DNA from: a virus
Taxonomy: Duplodnaviria; Caudoviricetes
Strand: one strand, 5' to 3'
DNA length: 62,433 nt
IMG/VR virus record: IMGVR_UViG_3300044513_004371
Span: 1 to 62,433 of that record
Shown here: positions 36,545 through 46,788 of the stretch, one piece after another
Layout of the letters: every line of letters starts with the position of its first letter
How positions within the stretch are numbered: position 1 is the first letter of the stretch
Notes under the pieces: model-generated
The model's input: only the letters and a program-made list of their open reading frames with translations
Told to the model about the DNA's origin: nothing
Databases searched by the model: none
Program-made: the position numbers and the translations under genes

Positions 36545-38110
36545 ATGATCTATAATTTAAATGACATTTATAAGAATTACGGAACTAGCATTGTTGAACA
36601 GAGCGCAGTTCTTTCAGCTGACGCTGATCCTAGATTAAAACAATATCTGGAGGACGATGGTCTAGTTGAGTATTTAACCACAGTATTCCCAACCTTAGAG
36701 CAAGGTGAAGATTATGAAATAAATCTAGAAAATGCCACCTACGGAATTCAGGCTAAAGATAAGCTATATGTTAGACTTGAGCCAGGTGATGCTAAAAATC
36801 CCAAGTACACAATGTGGATTGTTAACGATGAAGTATTATTCGGAGGTATTGATTTTGATACTGCCGCAACTTTATTGTATCAAGCAGGCAATGAGGGAGG
36901 AGTTATTGGTTACGTTGGAAATTTCCTAGGATCCTTAATCGGAGTCGGAGATCCAGGTGATGCTGGAACTGATGAGGAAACAGTAGTTGCTGTTGCAGGA
37001 GCAATGGCAGCAATTGCAGCAGAAAGAAATGCTGATCCTAAGATATACTACGATAAATTAGCCTCGGCCTTTAATCGTAAATACGGAAACATGGTTGACT
37101 TCCTAGAAACTGAATTCTCTGGAAGAGCTGAAACAGCTGCTCTTGCAACATTTAGGCAGCCAGTATCGTCATCAGTGACTAGAGGTCTTAATCTTCCTTC
37201 AATATTAGGTGATATTGTTTTAACAGTGGCAACGTTCGGAGGAGGAACAGCAGTTAGAGGAGCTCTTAAGGGAGCAAGTGTTGCGGCTAAATCTACTAGA
37301 GTAGGAGCAGGAGTTGTTAAAGCGGGTAATACTGTACTTAAAGGAACTACTGGAGTTCTCTCTAGAATTCCAGGATGGAGTAAACTTGCAGGTTCAACTA
37401 GAGCTACATATTTAGGTAAAGCAATCCAAAAAGGAGAAAATATTCAATATGTAACCAGAACTGGAAAGAATGCTGGTAAAGTTTCTACAGTTAAAGTACT
37501 TGATATTGCTGAGGATGGAGTTCAGATGCAAGGAGCATCTAATCAAATATTTAAAGCAAGTCACGCTGATTTCTTAATTAGCGTAGATCCAGGTTTAGCT
37601 AACAAGATATTAAATGCTGCTAAAATTAACGCAACAACAGCTGGAGTAGCTTTAGCAACTAAGAAAACAGCAGACGCTGTTAGTTCTGGGGCAGTAGATC
37701 AAGGTGCAGAAGGACCAGGATGGGTTGGAACCTCAGCCGAAGTAATGGGATGGTATGATACTCTTGCCGCAGATCCAAACGCCTTTATGGGAAGTCTAGA
37801 AGGTCAAAGTGCAGAAGGTTTAGCCGAAATGATCTTAAACTTGAAGAAAGGTACTGGAATCTGGGGAAATACTACTGATCAAGAAGAATTAGCTCTTGCA
37901 CTAATTGTAACAGCGCTAACTCCTAAAGGAGCTAAGGATGTTGCTCAAGCATATTCCAAAATAGATCCTCAAATGAGTGTTTACGCAGTAATTGATGACG
38001 AACTTGGAGGAGATCTTGGAATGTTTGCTAAAGCATACTGGTCAGCTTGTACTGGAGAAGGAGCATATGTTGGTCCAGTTCAGAATATCTTAGGTAAGAT
38101 TAAAGCATAA
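36545..38110 (+). CDS. Late protein with two annexin-like repeats and Gly/Ala-rich hydrophobic core
   Basis: AGTDEETV...AFNRKYGNMVDFLETEFSG; TTDQEEL...VIDDELGG. Confidence 0.6.
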   Translation: MIYNLNDIYKNYGTSIVEQSAVLSADADPRLKQYLEDDGLVEYLTTVFPTLEQGEDYEINLENATYGIQAKDKLYVRLEPGDAKNPKYTMWIVNDEVLFGGIDFDTAATLLYQAGNEGGVIGYVGNFLGSLIGVGDPGDAGTDEETVVAVAGAMAAIAAERNADPKIYYDKLASAFNRKYGNMVDFLETEFSGRAETAALATFRQPVSSSVTRGLNLPSILGDIVLTVATFGGGTAVRGALKGASVAAKSTRVGAGVVKAGNTVLKGTTGVLSRIPGWSKLAGSTRATYLGKAIQKGENIQYVTRTGKNAGKVSTVKVLDIAEDGVQMQGASNQIFKASHADFLISVDPGLANKILNAAKINATTAGVALATKKTADAVSSGAVDQGAEGPGWVGTSAEVMGWYDTLAADPNAFMGSLEGQSAEGLAEMILNLKKGTGIWGNTTDQEELALALIVTALTPKGAKDVAQAYSKIDPQMSVYAVIDDELGGDLGMFAKAYWSACTGEGAYVGPVQNILGKIKA

Positions 38111-38142
38111 TCGAATCTTCGATTAAATTTAAATCTAGAACT

Positions 38143-38352
38143 ATGGAAGATTCTCATAAATCTAGAATTAATCAATTAAATTCTGAGAAGAATAGGATTG
38201 AAGAGGAAATTAATCAAATTCAGTCTGATTGCTCTCATCCTAATAAGATTCTAAAGCAGAAAAAGCAGGAAATAAAGTGGGAATGCTCCGATTGTGGAGC
38301 ATTTCTTGCTTATCCAAGTAAGCAAGAACTCGAAGAATATCTTAAGAAATAA
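38143..38352 (+). CDS. Small coiled-coil/zinc-ribbon protein
   Basis: CSH...CSDC. Confidence 0.6.
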   Translation: MEDSHKSRINQLNSEKNRIEEEINQIQSDCSHPNKILKQKKQEIKWECSDCGAFLAYPSKQELEEYLKK

Positions 38353-40222
38353 ATTGAGAGTATGGGGTAATGTATCTCATACTTGAAGAGTTTGACTCAA
38401 ACGGCTTAAACATATTGTTCATAGCATCTAGTTGTTTGGTATCTCCCTGATATAAGTCCTGATAGAACTTATTTACCTCAGCAGGTACTTTATCTTTTTC
38501 TCCACGTGCGTAATATCCTACTACACCGATATTTGGTAAATTGAATAGATCCGCTTGAGTCTGCTGATATTCTCTTAAAACGTCCCGAGCCTCATTGTCT
38601 TCAGAATCTAAGTAAGGAACATCATAAACCGCATCTGGATTTTCCTCAAGTGCTTTATCTATTCTGCCTTGAATCATATCATGAATTGCGGCATTTCCCC
38701 AAGCTTCATATTCGCTATCGGTTAGGTAAGATTTTGCGTCTGTGATCCACTTATATACTTCTTTTCCGATGAATAGCGGAACTTTTTTACCGAATTGAAT
38801 TGATGCAAGTACCCTATTTCCAGCCTTTATCCAGCCCGGCTTGCCATATGCCCTGCTTGAGAATTTAAGACCATCAGATAAGGATTTATAAAAGTCAAGG
38901 GAATTCATCTCAGTCTTCCTCAAAAGCTTTTGAAGCTCTTTACCTGCTCCTTTACCGTATCTTTGAACCATGAAATCAGTTCCCTTTAAGAACTGCGCTG
39001 GAATCTGGAAAGATTTACCTTTAGCTGAAGTTACGACTAAGTCTCCTCCTTTCACAACTATCTCGCTTCCTTCTTTTCCGGCCGCCTTAAAGAATTTATT
39101 CATGTTGATCAAATCAGCCTTCTTCAATATTTGTGGTATATCATCAGCAAACTTAGTCATTTTAGATGAGAATGAAGCAATCGTATTTGCTACTCCTTCA
39201 AAGAACGCCTTTAGCGGTTTTCCAATAAATGGAATCCATCCTACTAATTTAGCTAGGAAACCACTAAAAAACTTGCCAATGAAACCTGATAGTCCGCTCA
39301 TAGCTTTTTTTCCAGTTTTAGAAATGTATTCTAATGCTTTAGCTGACTCTGGGGCCGCTGCTGCAATTACCTGCGCAGCTTCATCAGATACTTTAGCACC
39401 TGCTTTTCCAGCTCCTCCTAGATATAATTCGCCGGCTTTCATAAAAGGCTTAGCAGATTTGCTAGTTTGTAAGAATCCTTTTAGAACATTTCCTCCAAGA
39501 GGAATCATAGCAGCTATGAATGATATTCCAGCTAGAACGTACTTTCCTCTATATAGATATATCAATCCGTTTATAACGTCTGCTATTAGACCTACTGGTC
39601 CAAAGAAATCACCGACTAAACCTACTATATCTAATATAAATTGAAAGATTCCGATTGGGCTTCCACCTTCAGTTAGACCGTTCCATAAGCTCTTTAAAAG
39701 GCTCCATATTCCACCTTCTGAATTGGTTAAATCGCTTGGTATATCATCTGGACTCTCGATGTTTTGCATAACATCATTAAAGTCGTCTCCCATACTTCCA
39801 GCTATATCAGCTGAAGATGTTGGCATATTCAACGTAGCTTGCTCAAAGATAGGATCACTAGTTCTAGATTCTCTAAAGCTTTTTGACATTCTTTCAAATG
39901 CATCTTTAATAGTATCCATTTGATCCTTTGATAGAAAAGAAGAAGCGCTTTCAATTAGTGAATTTGCTCCATTTGAAATTGACCTATTATATCTAGATAA
40001 AGATTTTTTAGATTCATCAAATATCATGTTCAAATGAAGTTGAAATTGTAGATCCTCTGGGATCATAGACTCAACTTTATTCAAGAATTCTGCTTCCTCT
40101 TTGAAGGATTCCGGGCTTAAAACTCTATTGATAACATGTTCAAGACCTGATATGCTTTCGTTTATGTATAATCCTAATCTATCGTGATTAGGCATTTCTA
40201 AATATGGAGAAACGTGCTTCAT
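38342..40222 (-). CDS. Late protein with pre-toxin TG-like hydrophobic hairpin
   Basis: LDIVGLVG...IADVINGLIYLYRGKYVLAGISFIAAMIP. Confidence 0.6.
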   Translation of the reverse strand: MKHVSPYLEMPNHDRLGLYINESISGLEHVINRVLSPESFKEEAEFLNKVESMIPEDLQFQLHLNMIFDESKKSLSRYNRSISNGANSLIESASSFLSKDQMDTIKDAFERMSKSFRESRTSDPIFEQATLNMPTSSADIAGSMGDDFNDVMQNIESPDDIPSDLTNSEGGIWSLLKSLWNGLTEGGSPIGIFQFILDIVGLVGDFFGPVGLIADVINGLIYLYRGKYVLAGISFIAAMIPLGGNVLKGFLQTSKSAKPFMKAGELYLGGAGKAGAKVSDEAAQVIAAAAPESAKALEYISKTGKKAMSGLSGFIGKFFSGFLAKLVGWIPFIGKPLKAFFEGVANTIASFSSKMTKFADDIPQILKKADLINMNKFFKAAGKEGSEIVVKGGDLVVTSAKGKSFQIPAQFLKGTDFMVQRYGKGAGKELQKLLRKTEMNSLDFYKSLSDGLKFSSRAYGKPGWIKAGNRVLASIQFGKKVPLFIGKEVYKWITDAKSYLTDSEYEAWGNAAIHDMIQGRIDKALEENPDAVYDVPYLDSEDNEARDVLREYQQTQADLFNLPNIGVVGYYARGEKDKVPAEVNKFYQDLYQGDTKQLDAMNNMFKPFESNSSSMRYITPYSQFIS

Positions 40223-40254
40223 CTATGCTTAATTCGCCTTTTTATTATTTATCT

Positions 40255-40283
40255 AAAAAAAGGAGGACAAATAGTCCTCCTTT
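40255..40283 (-). terminator. Rho-independent terminator
   Basis: AAAGGAGGAC/GTCCTCCTTT plus T-run. Confidence 0.8.
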
Positions 40284-40310
40284 AATTATTATCGATATTT
40301 GTCAGACGGA

Positions 40311-41336
40311 TCACATTCCAAAGATTCTTCTGAGTTCTGCCTTTTGGCGATCAATCAGTTCAGGGGACCATGCATCTACTAATTTCTTAATATCTGCTTG
40401 ATCTTCAACATAGAGCAACTCCTGTAATACTGGATCCTGTATGAGACTCTTTTGGGGGTCATATTCAATTTGAATTGCAGCTAAGCAATTAGAAGCAAGA
40501 GTTTCGTAGAATCTATATGTTGCTACATTATCTAGATGTTCCTCATCTCCTGTAATTAGAGAGACTTTTACTTTATCTAGCTCCTTCATTAAATCAGAAT
40601 GCTTCAACTTTTTCATGAAGGTTGCTGGAACTTTGTCTGATTTATATCCTATGAGAAGGTTATTAGTATCCTTTGGAAAATACTTGCGTACTTGATTTTC
40701 TCTAAATGCTCCTCTCCGGTCTCCATAATAAACAAGATCCCATGACTTCTCGATATCGCTACTTGTGGGTGACGTGAGATCAATAGAGTCACTCTGAGTG
40801 AATCGATGCTTGAATATATAAGTGAACCAATCAACCTGTTTCCAGTTCTTAGGTTGCCATCCTAGAAACTTAGAGACGTCTTTTCCTGAGAATAAGTAGG
40901 TTGCTTCTTCGATTATCTTATCCCAAGCTTCTACTGAGTCTCCACATAGATTAAATCTATCGTTAATTACCTTTGCGTAATTAATAGGTGGAATTCTAGG
41001 ATCGTTTACCAACATGTATATTTTTCCAGTAAAGTTAGCAAGATCATTACATATTTTCTCACAATGTTCTCCCATTACTCCTCCAAAGAAGTTGGCAGTA
41101 CTTAACTGAATTATAACTGCTCCATATTCTGAGAAATCGGTGTCATTGTAATCGATATAGAAATCTAGGTCTTTAACGTTCCTGTTCTTGTATCCTACTA
41201 CGTCAACTTCTGCTCCTTTTTCTTCCATCATCTTTTTAAAGAACATTGCTTCTAGTCCTCGATGATTCTTATCATTGTAAGTTAAATTTGCGAATACTGA
41301 TGTTATTGCTACTTTTTTACTCATTTTTTTATCCAT
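40311..41336 (-). CDS. bgt: DNA beta-glucosyltransferase homolog (T4 Bgt-like); start may be 41324
   Basis: NFFGG, KIYMLVNDPRIP, DLVYYGDRR..FRE, LITGD..DNVATYRFYETLAS parallel T4 Bgt motifs. Confidence 0.8.
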   Translation of the reverse strand: MDKKMSKKVAITSVFANLTYNDKNHRGLEAMFFKKMMEEKGAEVDVVGYKNRNVKDLDFYIDYNDTDFSEYGAVIIQLSTANFFGGVMGEHCEKICNDLANFTGKIYMLVNDPRIPPINYAKVINDRFNLCGDSVEAWDKIIEEATYLFSGKDVSKFLGWQPKNWKQVDWFTYIFKHRFTQSDSIDLTSPTSSDIEKSWDLVYYGDRRGAFRENQVRKYFPKDTNNLLIGYKSDKVPATFMKKLKHSDLMKELDKVKVSLITGDEEHLDNVATYRFYETLASNCLAAIQIEYDPQKSLIQDPVLQELLYVEDQADIKKLVDAWSPELIDRQKAELRRIFGM

Positions 41337-41728
41337 TTATGTTCACTATTTAGTTGAAATGATCCTATACATTCTCGACTCCATTCAGTTGGAGATATTA
41401 AAGAAAGAAATACGTTCCCGTCATCGCCGGTATATAGATGATATGTCTCTCCTATCACGGGCTCAAAGTTGAACTTAGATGAATATACAAGTTCATTCCA
41501 CCTGTATTCTTCAATCATGAGCTTAAACTCTTCCTTTAATTCCTCAAACTTAGATTTTAATTGATGGTTAACCTTGTTGATTCCTCTTGCTTTCCATGAA
41601 TCTACATCTTCATGTTTTATAGCTGGAGCCCCTACATTTGTAGCATAAGGAAGAACTGAAGAATAGAATCCTCTTTCCTCATCGTACACTACTTGATCTG
41701 GATATTTCTTATCCTTTTTCTTGCTCAC
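41321..41728 (-). CDS. DUF2452-like protein
   Basis: LPYATNVGAP...FNFEPVIGETYHLY...LSLISPTEW. Confidence 0.75.
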   Translation of the reverse strand: MSKKKDKKYPDQVVYDEERGFYSSVLPYATNVGAPAIKHEDVDSWKARGINKVNHQLKSKFEELKEEFKLMIEEYRWNELVYSSKFNFEPVIGETYHLYTGDDGNVFLSLISPTEWSRECIGSFQLNSEHKWIKK

Positions 41729-42008
41729 TTTTCTCGTTTTCGTAATTCTCTAATCCTTGAAGATATGCGATTGCATCTAATAAATTATCTTGCTTGTGAT
41801 TATAGCTTTGTCTAGAAAGTTTTAGGGCAACCATTGCTATGTACATGTGTCTACCTTCTATTTTAATACCAGTCGAAGCTGTAAAGATAGCCGCAGCTCT
41901 ATCCATTCCTTCTGAGAACGGACCATACATTCGGTCTTTTTCTTCTCCTCTTTCGTTAATTATTTTGTGCGCGCGTTCGCAAATTGATAGTTCTTCGTGA
42001 TCTGACAT
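41709..42008 (-). CDS. DUF6378-like small helical protein
   Basis: ER...YG...MVALKLSR...HKQDNLLDAIAY. Confidence 0.6.
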   Translation of the reverse strand: MSDHEELSICERAHKIINERGEEKDRMYGPFSEGMDRAAAIFTASTGIKIEGRHMYIAMVALKLSRQSYNHKQDNLLDAIAYLQGLENYENEKSEQEKG

Positions 42009-42024
42009 TATAATCTTTTACCTT

Positions 42025-42052
42025 ATTATACATGTTAATTATACTAAAGTTT
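42025..42052 (-). promoter_or_regulatory. Class-2 promoter AAACT-N16-GTATAAT
   Basis: Upstream of the bgt operon. Confidence 0.55.
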
Positions 42053-42064
42053 ACCTATAAACTA

Positions 42065-42092
42065 AAAAAGGTAAGCTTTCGCTTACCTTTTT
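42065..42092. terminator. Rho-independent terminator
   Basis: AAAAAGGTAAGC/GCTTACCTTTTT. Confidence 0.85.
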
Positions 42093-42111
42093 ATTAGATT
42101 TGTAATTGATT

Positions 42112-43866
42112 TTAGCAATTTTCGTCGCACTCTTTCTTTTGTTCTTTAGTACAATCTTTATAATCGCATTTGAAGTGCTTTTGACAATATTTGTTCTTCT
42201 TATCTTCTAAAGCATCTTTCATTGATTCCTTCTTGTCTCCGTCTCCATCAACATCGGGATAATCAGGTCTTGCTTTCTCACTTAGATCAAGCTTAATGTA
42301 TTCTTCCTTTAGCATTGAGATTGAATCATTGATTGAGTTCTTAAGTTCGTCTAGCTTAGCAATATTAGAAGGATCAATATCCTTAGATTCTGAAGTTTGA
42401 CTTAATTTAGCGACTGATTCTTCTAGTTTCTTGATATTCTCAACTATTTCAGCTTTTCTAGTCTCAACTGCTTTGATCTTAGCTGCCGCTTCGTTAATCT
42501 TTGTTCCAAAGATTGGGCTAATATCGTAATTAAATTTACTGATAAAGTGCTCGTACATTTTATACTCGTTAGCTGCTGTCCAATTTCTTTCTGCCTCATT
42601 TAGTATATCACATAGGAAATAATTAGGTCCCAAATTAAATACAAATGATTCAGATAAAGTTCTGTCGTTTCTTATGTTCTTAATGAATTCTAGATTTAAG
42701 ATCATGCTCGTATTTTCTAGAACGGTCTTTATGTTGTTCTTAGTTTTTTCGTCAACCATTATTAAAGCTTCTGATAGATTAACTTCTTTTGCGTTATCTA
42801 CCTTGCTGCCGTTAATATAAAGATCTAAATCTTTATTTTCGTTGACTGATAGTCCGATATTAAACTTACTAACCGCATTAGATTCAACTCCTGCAAAGTT
42901 ATCAGATGCTTTAAATCCAAGCTTTGCATAAGATTCACATACATTATAGAAACTAGTATGCTTTTTCTTTACCCATTCGGGGTCTATTGTTGAGATACTA
43001 AACCCTTGCGATTTTGCATTAACCTCTACTTCAGATCCGTTTAGTTTGTCAGACTCTGTTAATCTAATAAATCTTCCGTCAATATAAGTCATAACTGACT
43101 TTTTAGCACTCTTGATTGCTGGGCAAATAACGTTTCTAACGCTAGTATCACTATTTCCTGCTCCCATGCTAAATGTTCCTGCTGATCTAGATTCTACTAC
43201 TTTAAGTGAGTTAACTAGAGAGCTCACAATTGGAAGGTTAGTTGATCCATATTTCAAGTTGATTATATCAGACGTGAATGACTCGCTGACTAACATTTCT
43301 TCTAGTCCTTCTTTGATACCTGAATATAGCTTGGCATTCATTCCTCCCATTTGATTAATTGCAAATAGAACTTCGAATTTAGCTGCATTCTTTTCCATAA
43401 TAGCTTCAATGGATGATACTGCTCTCTTTACTGATTCTTCAATTAAATGAGATTTGAAATCATTGATGAATGCTGGATAAAGAGTAAATTCAGAGCTAGT
43501 TGATTCTAAGTTAGCTTCGTATCTATTAACCTTATCTGCAATGATAGGATTAGAGTAAGCAGTAGATTCTTTGATTGCAACAATCTTTCCTGATAAATTA
43601 CCTATTTTAGCTAATTTAGATAGTCTAGATTCGCTGGTATCTTCAATCTTTTCAAACTGAGATATGATATTATCAAGATCTGCTGAGTTTATCTGCTCAT
43701 TTATAGCAGATATGCTTCTCTTTAACTCGCTATAGATTACATCCGAGCTTTCACTATTAGCGATCGATTTATTAGCTGATTCAACAACCAGCTTAACTAA
43801 TCCGTTATCTTTAATATTTTGGTTATTCTGTAGCTCCGACAGAACATTATTTACGAAATCATTCAT
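42112..43866 (-). CDS. Probable virion/head-associated protein
   Basis: Late promoter, many (I/L/V)xE sites, C-terminal PDYPDVDGDGDKKESMK. Confidence 0.55.
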   Translation of the reverse strand: MNDFVNNVLSELQNNQNIKDNGLVKLVVESANKSIANSESSDVIYSELKRSISAINEQINSADLDNIISQFEKIEDTSESRLSKLAKIGNLSGKIVAIKESTAYSNPIIADKVNRYEANLESTSSEFTLYPAFINDFKSHLIEESVKRAVSSIEAIMEKNAAKFEVLFAINQMGGMNAKLYSGIKEGLEEMLVSESFTSDIINLKYGSTNLPIVSSLVNSLKVVESRSAGTFSMGAGNSDTSVRNVICPAIKSAKKSVMTYIDGRFIRLTESDKLNGSEVEVNAKSQGFSISTIDPEWVKKKHTSFYNVCESYAKLGFKASDNFAGVESNAVSKFNIGLSVNENKDLDLYINGSKVDNAKEVNLSEALIMVDEKTKNNIKTVLENTSMILNLEFIKNIRNDRTLSESFVFNLGPNYFLCDILNEAERNWTAANEYKMYEHFISKFNYDISPIFGTKINEAAAKIKAVETRKAEIVENIKKLEESVAKLSQTSESKDIDPSNIAKLDELKNSINDSISMLKEEYIKLDLSEKARPDYPDVDGDGDKKESMKDALEDKKNKYCQKHFKCDYKDCTKEQKKECDENC

Positions 43867-43910
43867 TTTCGTTAAGTTTATTTTATTTTATTTATCTCTC
43901 GAAATCGCTG

Positions 43911-45992
43911 TTAATCTATGTTTTGGTTAAGGTTATTCTTGATATTTGTGCTTTTGGCAATCTCCTTCGTTGAAACTTTGATGTTGGATTTACTGGCAGT
44001 TTTTCCAGAATTAGATATATCAGTTCTAATTTTTTTAGGGTTAGGCATACCAATCTTATTTACAACTCCAGCCTTAGCCACTTTTTTAACCGGACTTTTA
44101 ATTGATCGGTCAATTTGATTTCTAAGTTTGCTATTCTTTACCTCAAGGGTGTTTATCTGGGCCTCGAGTTCAGATATTCGGTCTAGAGCAGTATTAAGTT
44201 CATTTACCTCTGCTTTTGCTTCGGCAATTGCAGCATTTATCTCAGGTATTTCTTTAGATGTTCTCCACTCTGCACTATACATTAGAGTTTCAGTCGAGTC
44301 CTGAGCAATTGAAGTAATGTGAACAACCTTAGAATTAGACTTAACTATTTTAGAACTATCTTCCTTGGATATTCTAAATAGTAGTTCACCGCTTGATAAA
44401 TTCTCAAGTGATTGACTATTAGCATTGTCTACTGATATCTTTCCATTATCAGTCTCGAATACCATTCTATATTTGGCGGCATTTACATTTAAATCTAGGG
44501 GAATATTCTTACCGTTAACGACATTATACATTTTAAGCTTAATTGCATTATCAAATGGACCCATTACAAACCTTAGTTTTCCAGGGCCAAATATCACCTC
44601 CTCGCTTGTGTCGTTATTCTTAACAATTCCACTATTGTTAGATACTGAAATGTTATTATTGCTAAAAAAGACAGGTACATATTCAACTTGAGTAACTGTA
44701 GTAGTTGTTGTTGTCGTAGTTTCAGCAGGTGTGTTTCCAAATCCAGGTGCAAATGTCGGCTCAATGAATAAATTAGTCGATTCAAAGTTTTTCTTTATGA
44801 TCTTGTTATATACCTTTTGTGATTGTGGCTCATCACTTAGTGGTATAACATTAAGCTTTTTCCCGTATTTTTTAGGAGATATTAGATTAAATGATGCTTC
44901 TCTAATTACCTGATCACCATTTCTTCTATTGGTCAACCTGCTTAGTAAATCAATAGACATACTAACAGCAGTTCCAGCATTCTTTAAAACCGGTCTATAT
45001 ACAAGAGGTTCGTCAAAATCTTCTTCTTGGAATATTACCTGTCTAGAAGTATTTACGAAAGCGGATCCAATTTGCTCAAATACACTTAGTTGATGGATTA
45101 TAATCCAATCGTCAGATGGGTTTCTGCGATTTAGAATAGATATTAAGTCTTCAGGAAATCCTGAATTGTATGTCAAATAATACTCTATAAAATCACCAGT
45201 GACTGATTCAGAGATGCTTGCTCCTACTCCGTCAAACTCATTACTCTGAGATAGAGAGGCTTGATAATTTTCAGTTACTTGAAATACATCATATTTAGTA
45301 GATCCAGTTGGGTTATACTTCTCTCTAGTTCCACATTCCGACAGGGATATTGTTATTGGATTATTATATATAAATCCGCTATATCCAGTGTCAGTAGGTG
45401 TTATAGCAGCTGCAAATGTACTAGCTGGCGCCAGTGCAACTCTGAGCTCTTCATTGATATTCTTTATCGATGGAACTTTTATTTCTACGTATCTATCATA
45501 TGTTGCATTAGATAGAAACATAGGCTTTGCGTTAAACGTTATTAGATCATCTATTGTTTCAGGAGCAAGAAGAATGTTAGCAAATATGTTATTCTTTCCA
45601 TTATTCTGCTGATTTATTACACTCAATATTAAGCCTTCAAATCCGTCAATGTCGAAGCCTGCTATAAAGTGAAATTTTACTTTATCGCAAACTACATTAT
45701 ATCCAGTAATTGAAGTCTCAGTAATATTTGAATCGTAATCTATGTAGTTTGGTATCTTCTCAGAATCAGTATATGCAAACTTATTATTACCAATTGGAAC
45801 AACTGAAATATCTCTAATATTTTTAGTTGCAGATAAGGATCCATCTGGATTAAATATCTGATTTACATCTGATGTTGAGTTAGTCAACAAAGTAAAGTCT
45901 TCTGTTAAAAAATTCAATGATCCTAGAGGCTCAAATATGTACTCGACTACGCAATAGGATGATAAGCTAATAAATCTGCTTTGTACTGCCAT
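43911..45992 (-). CDS. Probable structural protein
   Basis: 693 aa beta-rich ORF in late cluster. Confidence 0.6.
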   Translation of the reverse strand: MAVQSRFISLSSYCVVEYIFEPLGSLNFLTEDFTLLTNSTSDVNQIFNPDGSLSATKNIRDISVVPIGNNKFAYTDSEKIPNYIDYDSNITETSITGYNVVCDKVKFHFIAGFDIDGFEGLILSVINQQNNGKNNIFANILLAPETIDDLITFNAKPMFLSNATYDRYVEIKVPSIKNINEELRVALAPASTFAAAITPTDTGYSGFIYNNPITISLSECGTREKYNPTGSTKYDVFQVTENYQASLSQSNEFDGVGASISESVTGDFIEYYLTYNSGFPEDLISILNRRNPSDDWIIIHQLSVFEQIGSAFVNTSRQVIFQEEDFDEPLVYRPVLKNAGTAVSMSIDLLSRLTNRRNGDQVIREASFNLISPKKYGKKLNVIPLSDEPQSQKVYNKIIKKNFESTNLFIEPTFAPGFGNTPAETTTTTTTTVTQVEYVPVFFSNNNISVSNNSGIVKNNDTSEEVIFGPGKLRFVMGPFDNAIKLKMYNVVNGKNIPLDLNVNAAKYRMVFETDNGKISVDNANSQSLENLSSGELLFRISKEDSSKIVKSNSKVVHITSIAQDSTETLMYSAEWRTSKEIPEINAAIAEAKAEVNELNTALDRISELEAQINTLEVKNSKLRNQIDRSIKSPVKKVAKAGVVNKIGMPNPKKIRTDISNSGKTASKSNIKVSTKEIAKSTNIKNNLNQNID

Positions 45993-45999
45993 TTTAATA

Positions 46000-46788
46000 T
46001 TATTTGTTCAATTTAATTCTGTGATAGTAGCTTAATCCTATGTAATCCATTATTGAACCATAGTTTAACATCACTGAACTATTTTTGTATTGCAAGCCAA
46101 CTCCAAACGTTATACCATTTGTAGAATTTGGTTGAAGAGAACTTAGGTATCCTCCGCCAACTATAAATCCTAAATTATCAGTCTTAGGCTCTACTATCTC
46201 ATCTGGTGGAAGACTCTTAACTTCTATGCTATCCACATTAAGCCAATCTGGACCAACTAATCTTGAGTTCCATAGACCCCTATCAGTCTCAGTTAATATT
46301 ACTTGGATTGGAAGTCTACCAAATGTCCATTCACCTGAATATTTTTTAGTACTGGTGAATATACTTCCATTCCAATTTATAAATGGATTTTCAGACTCCG
46401 GATATCTAATACTTAGATCTATTACAGTGCTATCAGATTCATTTACAGTAACTTCTCCTGAACTTATCTGAGATTCAAGAGAGATAACAGTATTGTTTAG
46501 CATTAATATCCTTTCGTCCTTCTGCTTGATTATTTTTGCGAGCTCCTTGTTTTTACTAGAGATCTCCTCTCTTAGATCCTTCTCGGTTTTATAATAATCT
46601 ACAAGCTTGGCATATTGTCCTTCTTTTTCCTTTCTAAGAGTGTCAAGTCTTACTACTTCCTTATTAGCAGCGGTAAGTTGCTCATATAACTTTTCCTGCG
46701 CTCTTTTTCCGTTGCACTGAACGAGCAATAGAGCTATGATCAACCCTCCAATCGCTCCGAATAGTATTCTATCTTTAAGACTCTTCAT
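46000..46788 (-). CDS. Membrane-anchored coiled-coil protein with beta-strand C-terminus (possible spanin-like)
   Basis: N-terminal TM/LVQC, coiled coil, amphipathic beta strands. Confidence 0.45.
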   Translation of the reverse strand: MKSLKDRILFGAIGGLIIALLLVQCNGKRAQEKLYEQLTAANKEVVRLDTLRKEKEGQYAKLVDYYKTEKDLREEISSKNKELAKIIKQKDERILMLNNTVISLESQISSGEVTVNESDSTVIDLSIRYPESENPFINWNGSIFTSTKKYSGEWTFGRLPIQVILTETDRGLWNSRLVGPDWLNVDSIEVKSLPPDEIVEPKTDNLGFIVGGGYLSSLQPNSTNGITFGVGLQYKNSSVMLNYGSIMDYIGLSYYHRIKLNK

